Shown here one piece after another: positions 51,449 to 64,000 of a stretch of 64,000 nt of DNA. Every line of letters begins with the position of its first letter. The first letter of the stretch is position 1. This stretch comes from Macrostomum lignano (lineage: Eukaryota). A program made the position numbers and the translations under genes. A model generated the notes under the pieces. That model made no database searches. It was given only the letters and a program-made list of their open reading frames with translations, and was not told the origin of the DNA. Location: the NCBI GenBank assembly GCA_002269645.1, contig NIVC01001838.1, forward strand, positions 124,001 to 188,000, written 5' to 3'.

Positions 51449-51744
51449 ATGATGCTCAAGCTGGGCCTATTTCTGCTACTGCCGATGGCCTGGGGAACTG
51501 GTGACGCGATGCCGCAAAAACTACCGACTTCTCTGGCGTGCTCGGCAAGCGCTCGGAGCCCATCGCTATCCCAATTGAAGCTTTGCTGGCGCAGGACGAC
51601 GACGACTCCAAGCTACTTGAGGGATTCGAAGACGTCGCTACCGATCGACAATTGAAGAAGCGAGACGATTATGAATATGATTACGGATATGAATCTCGTA
51701 TGTCCGCTGGACTGCTCGGAAAGCGAAGCAGCTCCTTTACTTAA
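51449..51744 (+). CDS. Neuropeptide precursor (amidated peptides), split over two frames
   Basis: Frame A gives a signal-peptide-like MMLKLGLFLLLPMAWG. Frame B gives DFSGVL-GKR, an acidic spacer, KKR, and DDYEYDYGYESRMSAGLL-GKR, stop at 51744. One extra base near the A5 run (51516-51520) joins them into 98 aa. A 3' splice-site-like TTTCATCCATGCAG ends at 51441. Confidence 0.8.
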
Positions 51745-53109
51745 AGCAAGGAGAATGAGATTCGTGACTGAAACAATATTCTTATCTGCGTTTGAGAATT
51801 CGTAAAAAGATTGGAGAATAGAAAACTGATGAGCTAAAGCAAAGAACTTAAAAGCCAGTGAGTGTAACAATAAGACCTTCTTCGTGAAATACAGCCGCAA
51901 GAAGAGCAAATACGCCTCAGAAAATTAGAACCGGCGCGCTCCGCTGATTTATTTTGTTCTCGCAAAAACGTTTAACATAATTTATTCCAGTGTCGACTCA
52001 TTGTTGCATTTAATCTATTCTTGAGATAGTAATCTAATTAATTATAAAGTATAAAGCAATTATTTATTCATTCAAGTCCTCGCAGTCCGCGGACTACAAG
52101 GTCCTGTTTTACAGACGTTCAGGACGTATTTCAAATCGAAGCCCATTTAGTACGTACGTAGGCAGCATTTAGAAGCTGCACCATCATCCGATGGATCCAT
52201 CATTTTGAAGGCGGCACAGGAGACTTTGAAGATGAACCAGCCAGACTGTTGTTAAATGTGTCAGACGAGGACAAGCAAGTGGCTGTTGCTAAAGAAGCAG
52301 AGGCCCGTGGCCCAACTGTAAACTGTCAAACTGTCAAAGGTTTGTGCCAAAACTCCTGACTGCAGAGATACAGCGAAGCAAGGTACGAACTTGCCAAGCA
52401 GTGCTGCCAGAGAAGCAGACGGTCGCTAGTGACTCCTACATAGTCACATTGTGCCATGCAGCTCAAGGAGACCATCAAAAAGAGGAAAAGAGGTTCGGTA
52501 CGGTCATTAGGAGCATCCGGCTTCTTCACAGCAATGCTTTGGCGCACACGTGCCACAAGGGATCCAGGCAACCAGGATAAAGAGTGATTACACAGCAGGC
52601 AGTGCAGTTAGAAGCCGCCGGATCGCCGGAACTTCATGCGAAACTTTGATGCAAATTTCAGGACGAATTACAGTTGCATATAGTTGTTTTGTTTTAACGT
52701 ATTAAATTTACAGGTGTCTTATTGCATAGTATTAATCTGGAGAGTAATAATACTTAATTAATTAAAAATAGCTTAATGCTTAATTTCAGGCGAAATTGGG
52801 CACTAGTAGCCATCAACGGGTTTTGAAAAAAAATTATTAAATTGGGCAGCATGAGGAACAGGGCGAATTAAAAACATTATTTTTGCTACTAAATGTAGAT
52901 AAAATATTATCAGCTACAATTTTCTCACACCCCTACTTCAAGTAGTTTTTTAAATATTAGTTGTAACACAATAGTTAATGTCAAAGCGCATAGTAAAGCT
53001 CGTGCTGTTTATAACTGTCGCTGTTATCTTTGACAGCGCAGCTTGTCCAATTGTCAGCTGCTGTTCAATGTGCTGTCGAATATCTGTGGAGCAAGATGTC
53101 ACTCGAACA

Positions 53110-53619
53110 TTACGAGTAGATGATTGGAAAAGTTTTCTTTGCCTGGCCCTGGATGACCAGGCCCTGGATGACGGGCTCAAGGCTCGGCTGCTTCAGGCAG
53201 TCGTTGAGACTCTTGTTGTACAACGTCGAGACCTGGACCCTGACGGACGCTTCGGAGAGGCAGCTGGACGCCGCGCATGCCGTCCAGGCAGCGAGACCAA
53301 CGCCGCGCTCTACACGAGGTCGCGCCTGATGCGGCCTTCTGACCTGCTGCGCGGGCGGCGACTTCGACTGGCCGGCCACGTCATCCGGTCGGAGGCTCGC
53401 TGCCCTCGCAGGCTCGCTCGCTTGGCTCGCAGGCGAGGCCAAGGGCGAACGGCGAGATACCCTGACAGGCTTTTGACCGATGCTGGCGCCCCGAACCAAG
53501 CTGGGGGGAGGGGCTTTCTGAGGGCTATGGCCCCGAGACGCGCTCTCTGACTTCTCCCCCCCATTTCTGGCCACTGCCTGGCTGGCGGGTGAAGTACTTT
53601 GTTGTTGTTGTTGTTGTTG
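53110..53619 (+). mobile_element. 5'-truncated RTE-like non-LTR retrotransposon 3' end
   Basis: KARLLQAVVE/LLLYNVETWTLT, NAALY and RGRRLRLAGHVIR are post-RT LINE motifs, with frameshifts. Ends in a (GTT)n tail at 53598-53619. Confidence 0.75.
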
Positions 53620-55068
53620 CCTGGCAGTGCAGTGTCTGGAAGGACGTTTGAATTGGTCAGGTAAGTCAAAGAAATGTGCATTTTCTGAACAACACATCTA
53701 AAGACAGCGTTGGAAATCTAGTGATGATTGCAATCGTCTTCTGGTAGGCTCTCCATCAGCTGAGCCAAAGCTGGCATTGAGAAATTATGGTTCAAATCAA
53801 TAAATTGGATGGGGAAGGAGACTGGCTTGATCTTCCATGTGCTCTCATACTCATCGATTTGAAAGATCATAAAGAAAGAGACCAAAAGACGCGGTTTTAG
53901 CGCCACTTGCTGTTTAATTTCTTTTTTTAACGCTCTTAGACCTGGTTTTTTTACCCATTTTAGCTCCTTAATGGAGCCTTTGAGTTAAAGCTGTTTAATA
54001 GCGTCATCTTAGCACACCCTAAGGTATAAGCTACTTTTATGCACCGATCATCTTAGCGCATTTAAAGGGCTCTCGATTCTATTTTAGCGCCTTTGGCATC
54101 CATCCATGAATTCATTTCCTGCCAACGCTTATCCTATTAGCACATTCCATGCGCAACCCCCTTAGCGATGAAAGCATCTTCATAACGATCTCTCGGGCTC
54201 AGTCAAATTACCAACTTGGCACGTCGCGCCTTGCCGTAACGGGTCTTAGCAGGTTAAAGTTTTTCACACCTGCGGTATATCTGTATTGTGTCGATAGGTC
54301 GATAGCGCCGCCAATTTATATCAGAGACAATACCGACTTCTCTGGCACGCTGCCCGTCGCTTTTTTCAGGGTTGAAAGTTTCTCTGTTGAGAGTCTGTTT
54401 TTCATAGTTCGGTCTGGCTCTCAAACACAGTTTACAATGTGTCGGAGACTAAGCGCTGGAGTCCCCGGGCAATCATCCCTTCATAACACTATTCTCTTGG
54501 CTCTTCTTGAGCACTGCCACTGATCATTGCAGCCTTATAAGCCTGGCTGTGAGTGACAAGTCTTCAAATATAGCCAGCAGCTTATATAATAAATTGATGT
54601 CGGAGCCCTCTGCCCGACCCCCCGCCGCGGATAAAAAGAGAATTGGAGCTGCCGGCTGACCCCCCAACCCACTTGCGCCGGAGCTCCCGCAGTCCAAGTT
54701 CCACTTGAATTCAATGGCGCTAAAATGCCCCAGCTCGAAGCTTGATGGATAGATTGCCCGCTGGGACAGAGGGGTGGTCCCGAATACTCCTGCATGTCTG
54801 TATGCGAATTCTGTAGCCCTAACATGGCCATCCTGTGCCCTCAATTGTCTAATAATAGGCGCTCCGTGCGGCTGAGTATCCAGACAGCCATTGCTGGGCT
54901 GTGATTGGCTGAGCCGCCGCCTCTTTCCTCTCCCTGCCGACCCCAACTGCCCGCGACAAGAAGCCCCCGGTATAGAATAGCCGGGCAAGGAGAAGCTCGC
55001 TGGCTAAAACTCGGCATTGCAGCCTTGAGAGGATCAACTGTCTTACTAATCTCAGCAACCGAGGCACA

Positions 55069-55567
55069 ATGCCGCTATTGCTGCTTTCACTACTGCTTGC
55101 CGCCGCCGCCAGCTGTCTGGCCATGCCGCCTGACTGGAATCCGCCCAGCCTGCCCGGCGGCTCCGGCGGCATCAATGTCTCGCCGCTGGCCGCCGCCTCC
55201 CGCTGCGTGCCGATTCCGCGCAGTCTGGAACTGTGCGCCAACATCGGGTACGCGGAGATGCGCCTGCCCAACATGCTGAACCACGACTCCGTGACCGAGG
55301 TGCAGGACAACACCAAGCAGTGGCTGCCGCTGACCCGCACCGAGTGCCATCGCGATGTTCGCGTCCTGCTCTGCTCCGTGTACGCGCCCGTGTGCATCCA
55401 CCAGCTGCCCGACAAGCAGATCAAACCCTGTCGCAGTCTCTGCGAGGCCGTCCGCCAGCCCTGCGCCGCCTTCATGCGGGGCTTCGGCTTTCAGTGGCCC
55501 GAGATGCTCAACTGCTCCCAGTTCCCGCCTGACTCGGACCTCATGTGCATCAGGAGCTCCGTCAGCT
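55069..55567 (+). CDS. SFRP: Secreted frizzled-related protein, exon 1 (signal peptide + Frizzled CRD)
   Basis: Signal [18 protein letters not shown]; [67 protein letters not shown]; donor T|GTGAGT at 55568. Confidence 0.93.
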
Positions 55568-55575
55568 GTGAGTCT

Positions 55576-56542
<967 letters not shown>

Positions 56543-57095
56543 ATGGATCCTGCATTTTTTATATATCCCTCGTGTTCCCAGTCTTGTTGTCAGGAAGCCA
56601 TGTATCAGCCAGTTTAGTTGCACTGGTTGCGACGCCTAAAAATCGCCGCAGAACCCAAACAGCTCAGTCACCGGACTAAACTGACCGCAGAAACACGGAT
56701 AGAACAGAGTGGCAGTCGCAAAAGTCCTTCGTCTGGCCCACGCCTGACTCTAGCCGCCACTGGGCTGGCGGAAATGGCCGAGAATGCAAGAATGTTGCTG
56801 CTGCTGCATGCACTGCAGGCTGCAATCGCTTGAAAAAAGTAAAAGTTTTCAGCTGCGCAGTACCGGCAGAGCTGGTCCACAGACAGTTTATTCTGCCAGC
56901 CAGGCGATACAGAAGCGGCCAGGACGCCGAGGCCTTCGCCATGTGGTGCAGACTTCCTAAAATCTCTGATTCCTTTTTGCCCGCCGCAGTCCTGTTTTCG
57001 GCGCACATGTCAATCTTTTCCCTGCCTCTCTCTAATGTAGCCTCCATCCCCTGCCCAGTGATTAATTGCTACGCCTTACCTGATCTCCATCGCAG

Positions 57096-57173
57096 CCACC
57101 GCCGAGTGCTTGGCCTGTCGAGAGAAAGTCACCTACGAGTCAATTATTGCCAATTTCTGCGTCAACAAAGTTG
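57096..57173 (+). CDS. SFRP: sFRP, exon 2 (start of NTR/netrin domain; not in the ORF track)
   Basis: CATCGCAG| acceptor; 78 nt encoding (S)TAECLACREKVTYESIIANFCVNKV; donor G|GTGAGT. Phase 1 at both ends, matching exons 1 and 3. Confidence 0.85.
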
Positions 57174-58166
57174 GTGAGTGTGGCCAGGAGTTTGCCAAAT
57201 CCTAATGCCCAAGTATTTTTTGCTAATCGATTCAAACAGTCGGGAAAAGCTCTCCACTTAATCTTCTTGATAGCAGCTGACATTGGGGAAGCTGGGTCGA
57301 CCTGTTCTTGTCTATATTAGTGCCGATCTAAGAGGGAACCCGAAATCTTCGATGCAAAGATTGTTATCAGCCATCGGTGCAGAGGTTTCCCAGGGAAACT
57401 GCAATAGCAGTCCAAGCGCCTGTTGTCTCGTTCAAAGGGACAGCTGAAGTATCATACTCGTAGAAGCGAATTCTGCAGCCTTTAGCGGATTAGCGAGTTT
57501 AAGTTTTTCGGGTTTTTTAGCACTAAATTGACTGCATCTCAGCTTGTACTAAACAAGCAATTGAAGCCAGTTAGCTCTGAGGCATTTTTGCCGATTCCAC
57601 TGACTCCCAGGAACATATAACAAGCGCGACAATACTGTACTGTACAGTGGCCCTCTCTGTGTGCCAAGGGATTCGGCCCTGACAACTGCTGTAGAAAGAG
57701 GCTAACACTTGATTTTTCTTAGAAATGAGGCGTAGGCCCCAGTAAGGTACGCCAGTGCATTTTGTATTTTCTCAATAAACCGGGCGATCGAATTTGTCTA
57801 TGGCCAAACCCCATTCAGTGGCATGCGTTCTCTGGCGATACGACAAATATTCCAGTTCATTTCTAAGAAATTTTAGTGTGGTGTCCTGCTACTTCAGGTT
57901 GTCAATAGGGTGTGAACCGCACACACTCGGTCAATTTTCGTGCGACCCAAATGAATTTGTCGAGTTGCTTTGCTGCTTGACAGTAGGCAAGATGTTAACC
58001 GTTCTAAAGAGTTTTTTCCATAGTACACTAAATAGATAGGAAAAATGACGTTCGTCTGTCTCCCTCCAGCAGCACTGTAGACAGCTTTATTCCTTGGAAA
58101 AAAAAGCTGAAATTCCGGCCCGCAGTTCCCCGTTAATCCGCTCCAACCCGCTGCCCTCGCCCGCAG

Positions 58167-58972
58167 TCGTGAAAGCCCGCCTGAAGACGCCGATCTCCGG
58201 CGACTCCGCCCCGGACTCTGGCGCCACCCGCCTGCGGCTGCGCGGCCGGGTCCGCCACTTCAAGGCCGAGGAGGGCGGCGCCGCAGGCCGACAGCTCCGC
58301 TCCGCCGTGGTGGACACCGCCGGTTGCCGCTGCGCCGCGCTGGACAGCTCCTCCGCGGCTTCTTCGTCTTCTGCTTCCTCTAGGAGAAAGAAATTCCTCC
58401 TAATGGGATCCATGAGCCCGGATGGCAACCTCAAAGTGGCCTTCCTGGCCGAGTGGGATCGCAGCAATCGGCAGTTCCGCCGCGCCATCCGCCAGATCCG
58501 GCGCAGTCAGCGGCGGAGCCGTCGCCGGCCAGGCGGCAGCGGCGGCAACCTCTGCCGCGGCGGCGCCAGCATCGACAATGTTGACGGAGCCGGCGGTCGC
58601 CGACTGCCGGAGGTGCTGCCGCAGCCCAGGCCGAAGCTGCCGGATGCCGGCAGCCGAGGCGGCGGCGGTGGCCGACGTGGCGGCCGACGCGGCGGCAAAA
58701 AGCGAAACAAGAAGAAGCGGCGCAACGGCGGCGGCCGCGGCGGCAAGAGGAAGAAGAACAGGAGAAACGGCGGCAGGAAGGGCGCCGGCGCCGATGCGGA
58801 GCGGCGGGGGCGGCGGGGTCGAAGAGGCCGCCGGCAGAGGCGCAACAGGCAGCGAGGCCGCACAGCTTTGCCGACTCTGCCGCCGCGGCGACCGGCGCAG
58901 CCGCCGCAGCCACCGCCTGGCGGGAGTCGGTACTCGTACGACAGCTACTACTACAGCGACTACAAGAACTAG
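58167..58972 (+). CDS. SFRP: sFRP, exon 3 (rest of NTR domain + basic tail)
   Basis: GCCCGCAG| acceptor; VVKARLK, GCRC, KFLLMG, FLAEWDRSNRQFRRAIR, final Cys at 58553; TAG TAG TAG stops. Spliced total is 1383 nt = 460 aa. Confidence 0.88.
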
Positions 58973-61654
58973 TAGTAGGCCGGCGCGCTGTTTCTCTGCC
59001 TCCGTTGGGATGCAGACTAAAATGTCACTATTTCCGGAGACGAGAAAAGTCCAATTGAGACAAACAATTTCTGTCGACTACTTGTTCCTGTGCCCGCCTC
59101 TCTAACCCCTCATCTTAGCGAACTGTTGTGTCACTTTTCATGCTCGAAGCTGACACGACTGATAAATTCATTCTTAAATATTGAAAGTTCGCATTTCTCA
59201 CGAGTTTGTTCGGCTATTATAAAAATAATAATTCTTTTTTAGAGTTCTCAGCCCAGTTTTGTTAATGCACCATCATATTCTACCTCCTCTACTCGTTAAT
59301 ACTTTTGCGAGCAGCGAGTTCCGCCTGGCAACCAGGTGCCTGGCTGCTCCGTCTGTACATATCGATCAGCAACTGGCAACTGGCAATTTGAGCAGACTGA
59401 GGATCGGGCGAGATTTGTCCCACAGAGGGCATCGAGTTCCCCTTGTAGGTCTATCCTCAGGTGGTAAAACCAAATATCCATTATCGATATGCAGGTCTGC
59501 AACAATACCCGATTAACTGTGGTCCGGTTTGTGAAATTCACTGTCCCAAAGGGTTTCCGGTTTCGGCCTGGGTTGCCTGGATCACCTGTCATCCTCTGTC
59601 GCCATCCGCCTGCCCCCCTCACTGCACTATTCCACACTGCTCATGCTGTTTCTGCACCAGTTTAGCACAGTTTTAGCGCTTTGCCCCCTAAACTTTAAGC
59701 TTAAACTTGATTTGTTTAAATTTTGTCAAATTCCTTTATTTAGGCACTGGTATGAAATTATTGTTATTTAAGAATCTATACCTGCATCTGCAATCAATTT
59801 ATTGCATCACCAATCACAAATCCCTATAATTAACATGCGATTACATTTACCTTGGCTATTTAACATTATCATTTTAACACACCTCTAATTGTAAATGAAA
59901 ATAAATGACGGAACGGCATGCCACTATCTCCGTTTGTTGGTCTCGTTTTATTTAATGGCAAATATTATAACTTTTTTCCTCAAATTTATCAGAATGAAAG
60001 TCAAATGGCCACTGCCGAAGGCGTTGCGCCAGGGAGGGCCTTCCTGCAATCATGATATTATTACTGCAACTCCAAGAAACCGTCGAGACAGCCCGAATCT
60101 TCAAGGTCCCGAAATTGCTTGCAGTTTATTTAGTCTTCCGCCTGCCTGTCAGCCTGTCTGTCTCCTACTGTTACGAAGCGTCTGCATAATCGTCATTATT
60201 TATTATTATTCTTCGAAAGTCACTAATAGCCCTCAGTATTAATTGCTCCATCTGTCCGTCAGGCTCTCGTTCACCCACGCGTGTCGTCAGCTTGGCTGAG
60301 CAAGTCTAGTAACAAGCTTTGGACTCCCACGGCCGAATTTCACTTCTAATTTGCACTCGCTAAGCACCCGAGAGAGCGGGGGGGAGGCGCTTAGGGGGGG
60401 GGCGATTTCTCACCGTTGAATGGTCATCTGCCTCCAGTTTCTCTGCGTAACACACCAGCATTATTCAGTCATGCAAACCTTTGTTCAAGCTATACGCATT
60501 TAACACTGCTGGCTAAGAGCGAGGCGGCGAGGGTCCGCCTCCCCAGCCCTCGGTTGTGATTGACGTGTGCCAATCAGGGCCAGCTGCCGCCCCGTGCAGA
60601 CAATTCAGCGGCCATCTATGGCTGCGGGACTGCCTGGCACCGTCTGGAGCTGCCGCAGCTGCTGCCTTACAGCTAGCAGTCTAAGCTGAAGACTCTGCCT
60701 TGCTGCCGTTCAGGCCTGGTTTGCCACCCCCGCTTTTTGGCTGAACCAGGATGCGCGAAGGTTCCCTATTGTGATGGCATCGGGGATTCAATTTCCTTTC
60801 TCTCTTTCTAAAATATTGTTCAATTCAATGCGTGTTTTGTGTTGAACAGAAAGCTTTGCTGTTGAATGACACTTTATTATTCATGTTCTAGACATCCTAC
60901 TGCTCAGTGTATCGACTAGTAGTCTAGTGCGCTCGCGTCATCTAAACTCTGTTATTTAAGAATCAAAAGTCCACATATAGACGTAACTTAGCAAAGATTT
61001 TTTTCAAAAAAACGAGAATGTTATTTCTAAGAAATTCCAAACTCCAGCGTCGAGCATCTGCAGACAGCTGCATGTGGCATTACAGGATCTGCGCTTCCTG
61101 ACTACTAAAGTAAAATCGCCCGCCACTCGAACTTTCAAGGGTAGCCCCAGCAACAAACACCGGCCTTGACTGACACTTCTTGCGCTGACCGGGCCTGCCG
61201 ACAAGTCCGCAAGCAATTTTTCTCCCGGTCAGTTGGGCCTCCAACTGCAGCAGATGGGGATAAATAATACGTGCGCTGATGGAACAGCTGCTGAACTTGC
61301 CAGGGGGATATCTGTCCCCGCTGTCTTCAACCCATGTGCCAACAGAATGTCCACATCGGATCCTCAACTCCTTGCCTGACAATCTGGCCATCAGTTGAGG
61401 CGATGAGTTGCCCTTGGACTTCAAATCCAGTAGGCACTGTGGCATTCATGGACTACTGTGTTTAGGACAACTTTTCATTTCTAGGAAATGTTTGAACAAA
61501 TCTTAGCTTTTCTTTTATCGCGTTAAAAAATTAATTTTGACTAAGAAAGAAAAGCTTGTTTCGTTTTTTCTGAAAAACGAGACATAAAAAAGATCTTCGG
61601 ACACTTTGGGTGTTGAGCCCTCACTCTGGGGGGCCCGGGGCGCCACCATGAATG

Positions 61655-62270
61655 CGCCACTTCTGGGGTTGGAGATGGGGCGCCACTTTTTGGGGGCTGG
61701 GGAGGGGGCGCCACTTCTTGGGGGTTGGGGAGGGGGCGCCACTTCTTGGGGGTTGGGGAGGGGGCGCCACTTCTGAGGTTGGGGATGGGGTGTCACTTTT
61801 TGGGGGCTGGGGAGGGGGCGCCACTTCTGAGGTTGGGGATGGGGTGTCACTTTTTGGGGGCTGGGGAGGGGGCGCCACTTCTTGGGGGTTGGGGAGGGGG
61901 CGCCACTTCTTGGGGGTTGGGGAGGGGGCGCCACTTCTGAGGTTGGGGATGGGGTGTCACTTTTTGGGGGCTGGGGAGGGGGCGCCACTTCTGAGGTTGG
62001 GGATGGGGCGCCACTTTTTGGGGGCTGGGGAGGGGGCGCCACTTCTTGGGGGCTGAGGAGGGGCGCCACTTCATGGGGGTTAAGGAGGGGGCACCACTTT
62101 TCGGGGCTGAGGAGGGGCGCCACTTCTGAGGTTGGGGATGGGGTGCCACTTTTTGGGAGCTGGGGAGGGGGCGCCACTTTTTGGGGGCTGGAGAGGGGGC
62201 GCCACTTTTTGGGAGCTGGGGAGGGGACGCCACTTTTTGGGGGCTGTGGAGGGGCGCCACTTCTGGGGTT
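61655..62270. repeat. G-rich ~27-bp minisatellite
   Basis: Units GGGGG(C/T)TGGGGAGGGGGCGCCACTT(C/T)T alternate with GAGGTTGGGGATGGGGTGTCACTTTT. Confidence 0.92.
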
Positions 62271-63839
62271 CGGCTGCCTCTTTAAGGTTTGGGGTCGCCC
62301 CACTGGGTGTCGGAGAGCCACCTTGACGAATACAGGTCGACAAAGTGCACTAAAAAGACGTTAATTCCCTGTGTTAAGTACGTCCTGAGCTCGATTCCCA
62401 AAGCGCCAGACTCACTAAGTTAATAGTAAACGATGAGGCTTTGAATTTGGATTTTGAATTCTCTGATTGGTCAGCCCAGCAGCCCAATGGGCTGGTAGGT
62501 AGGCTTGGGGATATCTGCCAGATCCCATGGGCCGGGTACAGATCCCGTTAACAAAGGTCCCACGGGCAAAAAGAAGCCTTCCAACTCTGTGACTGCATGA
62601 CCTGAGCAACAGACGAGTAGCAAGCTGAGAGGCAAGGTAGGTGTGCACTCCCAAATGCGTAGGCCCTCGTAGTAGTGAGTAAAAATCGTAGTAAGACATG
62701 GGGGAACAGCGAGCTCTATCAAAGTGGAAAGTTTGCTTTGATAGTTTAGAAGTAAACAACAAAATCATTTTCCTTGCTTAGAGTACGAAAGCACGAAAGA
62801 CTTGCAGTTCTTGGAAATCAAAACAATCAGATTTTCCGAAAAGTTTTTTTAAATCCTTCTTTTCCTAGAAAGCCTAAAATTCTAGCGTTTCGTGAATTAA
62901 AAAAATGGAAAAGTAATTAAATGTTTATATTCCTTTGCCACCTAGTCCTGTGTTTCCTAGAAAAACTCGAAAGTCCTACGTTTCCTCGAAACCCGGAAAG
63001 CCTGAATTTCTTGGAAATCAATAGAATCGGATTTTTCTCAAAGCTACATTTTAAAATGTTTTGTTTCCTAAAAACCCGGAATTTCTACATTTCCTGGAAA
63101 TCAAGAAAGCTTTCTTTTCCGGAAAAAAAACAAAAGAATAGGATTGTATTCAAAGTTCTATGAAAATTTGAATTATTTTAAAATTCGAAATTCGAAAGTC
63201 TTTTATTTTGTTGAATTCTCGTCAAGCTTGCGTTTATTGGAAAACAAGGTAAATTGATTTTTCTAAAATTATTATGCCTAGGATTTTATACGACATCACG
63301 TACTTTTCTTCATCACAACGGTCACAGTAAAACGGTCTGAGGGAGAAATTTCCCCATTCTTAATACTCTTGTAGAGTTGGCACAATTATGATATTCAACA
63401 ATTATAATCCAGATTCTCAGTGAAAGGCACAGATTTTCATTTGAACAGGAAGAAAGGCTTCGTCGAACACTTATTATTGCCAGCAAAGCTCTCAGTTTCC
63501 TTCCCTGATTCCTCAGTCGTTTGCCTGGCTGTCAGATGATCAAAAGGATTTGCTGCTAAGGCCGTGCACACTTATTTGGTTTCCCCAAGCATTCAAGGGC
63601 GAATGCCTTATAAAGAGGCTCGCCGCTTTATCACTTCAAAAGCAGGATTGTTATTTACGATGTTCATCGAGAATTTTTTATATACTCTGCTAGTACTGTT
63701 GCATCCTGCTTTAACCGCATCAGTCAAAACATCTCCTTCAGTGATACCTGAGAAACTGTAGTTTCAAAATTGTTGGGAAATTTTCAATATAGCTCGTAAA
63801 CTGCCTCTGACCTGTGGCGATCTAAAGGGTCTGTTTGGT

Positions 63840-64000
63840 GAGGTGATCAGAGAGCGTCGATCAGAGAGGCAGTGGTGATCAGAGAGCGCTGACCAGAGAG
63901 CGGTGAGCAGAGAGCGGTGATCAGAGAGCGGTGAGCAGAGAGCGGTGACCAGAGAGCGGTGACCAGAGAGCGGTGACCAGAGAGCGGTGATCAGAGAGCG
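63840..64000. repeat. ~14-bp tandem repeat running off the window end
   Basis: Unit CAGAGAGCGGTGA(C/T). Confidence 0.9.

Noticed and set aside
58087-59105. Overlapping ORFs on both strands over sFRP exon 3
   Set aside because: Expected from very high GC content and few stops. Only the frame continuing the NTR domain has recognisable motifs and matching splice phase.
61080-61445. 121-aa minus-strand ORF of moderate complexity
   Set aside because: No recognisable motif or convincing splice context; left unassigned.
61515-62364. Pro-rich and Gly-rich ORFs
   Set aside because: Translations of the G-rich minisatellite.

Overview
Eukaryotic (metazoan) genomic DNA, not prokaryotic: GC-rich exons with GT-AG introns sit in AT-rich, repeat-laden DNA. 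The style (minisatellite-filled introns, GC3-rich exons) resembles a free-living flatworm such as Macrostomum, but that is inference. Five host genes are supported. (1) PP2A B55 regulatory subunit (+, 3 exons, 15282-21216). (2) CAF-1 large subunit CHAF1A (-, one 1440-nt exon, 27145-28584, no usable genomic start codon). (3) RFC2 (+, 3 exons, 44337-48148, frameshifted in exon 3). (4) An amidated-neuropeptide precursor (+, 51449-51744, one frameshift). (5) An sFRP (+, 3 exons, 55069-58972) with a long basic tail. The rest is tandem repeats (units of 4-73 bp), CT/AG low-complexity DNA and transposon relics: PHD-FLYWCH-MULE, hAT, mariner-like, Helitrons including an inverted 2.75-kb pair, MITEs, an RTE-like LINE end and a CORE-type SINE. 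Most ORFs in the supplied track are repeat or antisense artefacts. Best leads: the CHAF1A exon that would be put in frame by a spliced-leader AUG, the GVL/GLL-amide precursor, the sFRP tail, and the RFC2 lesion. All calls were made by eye, without database searches.
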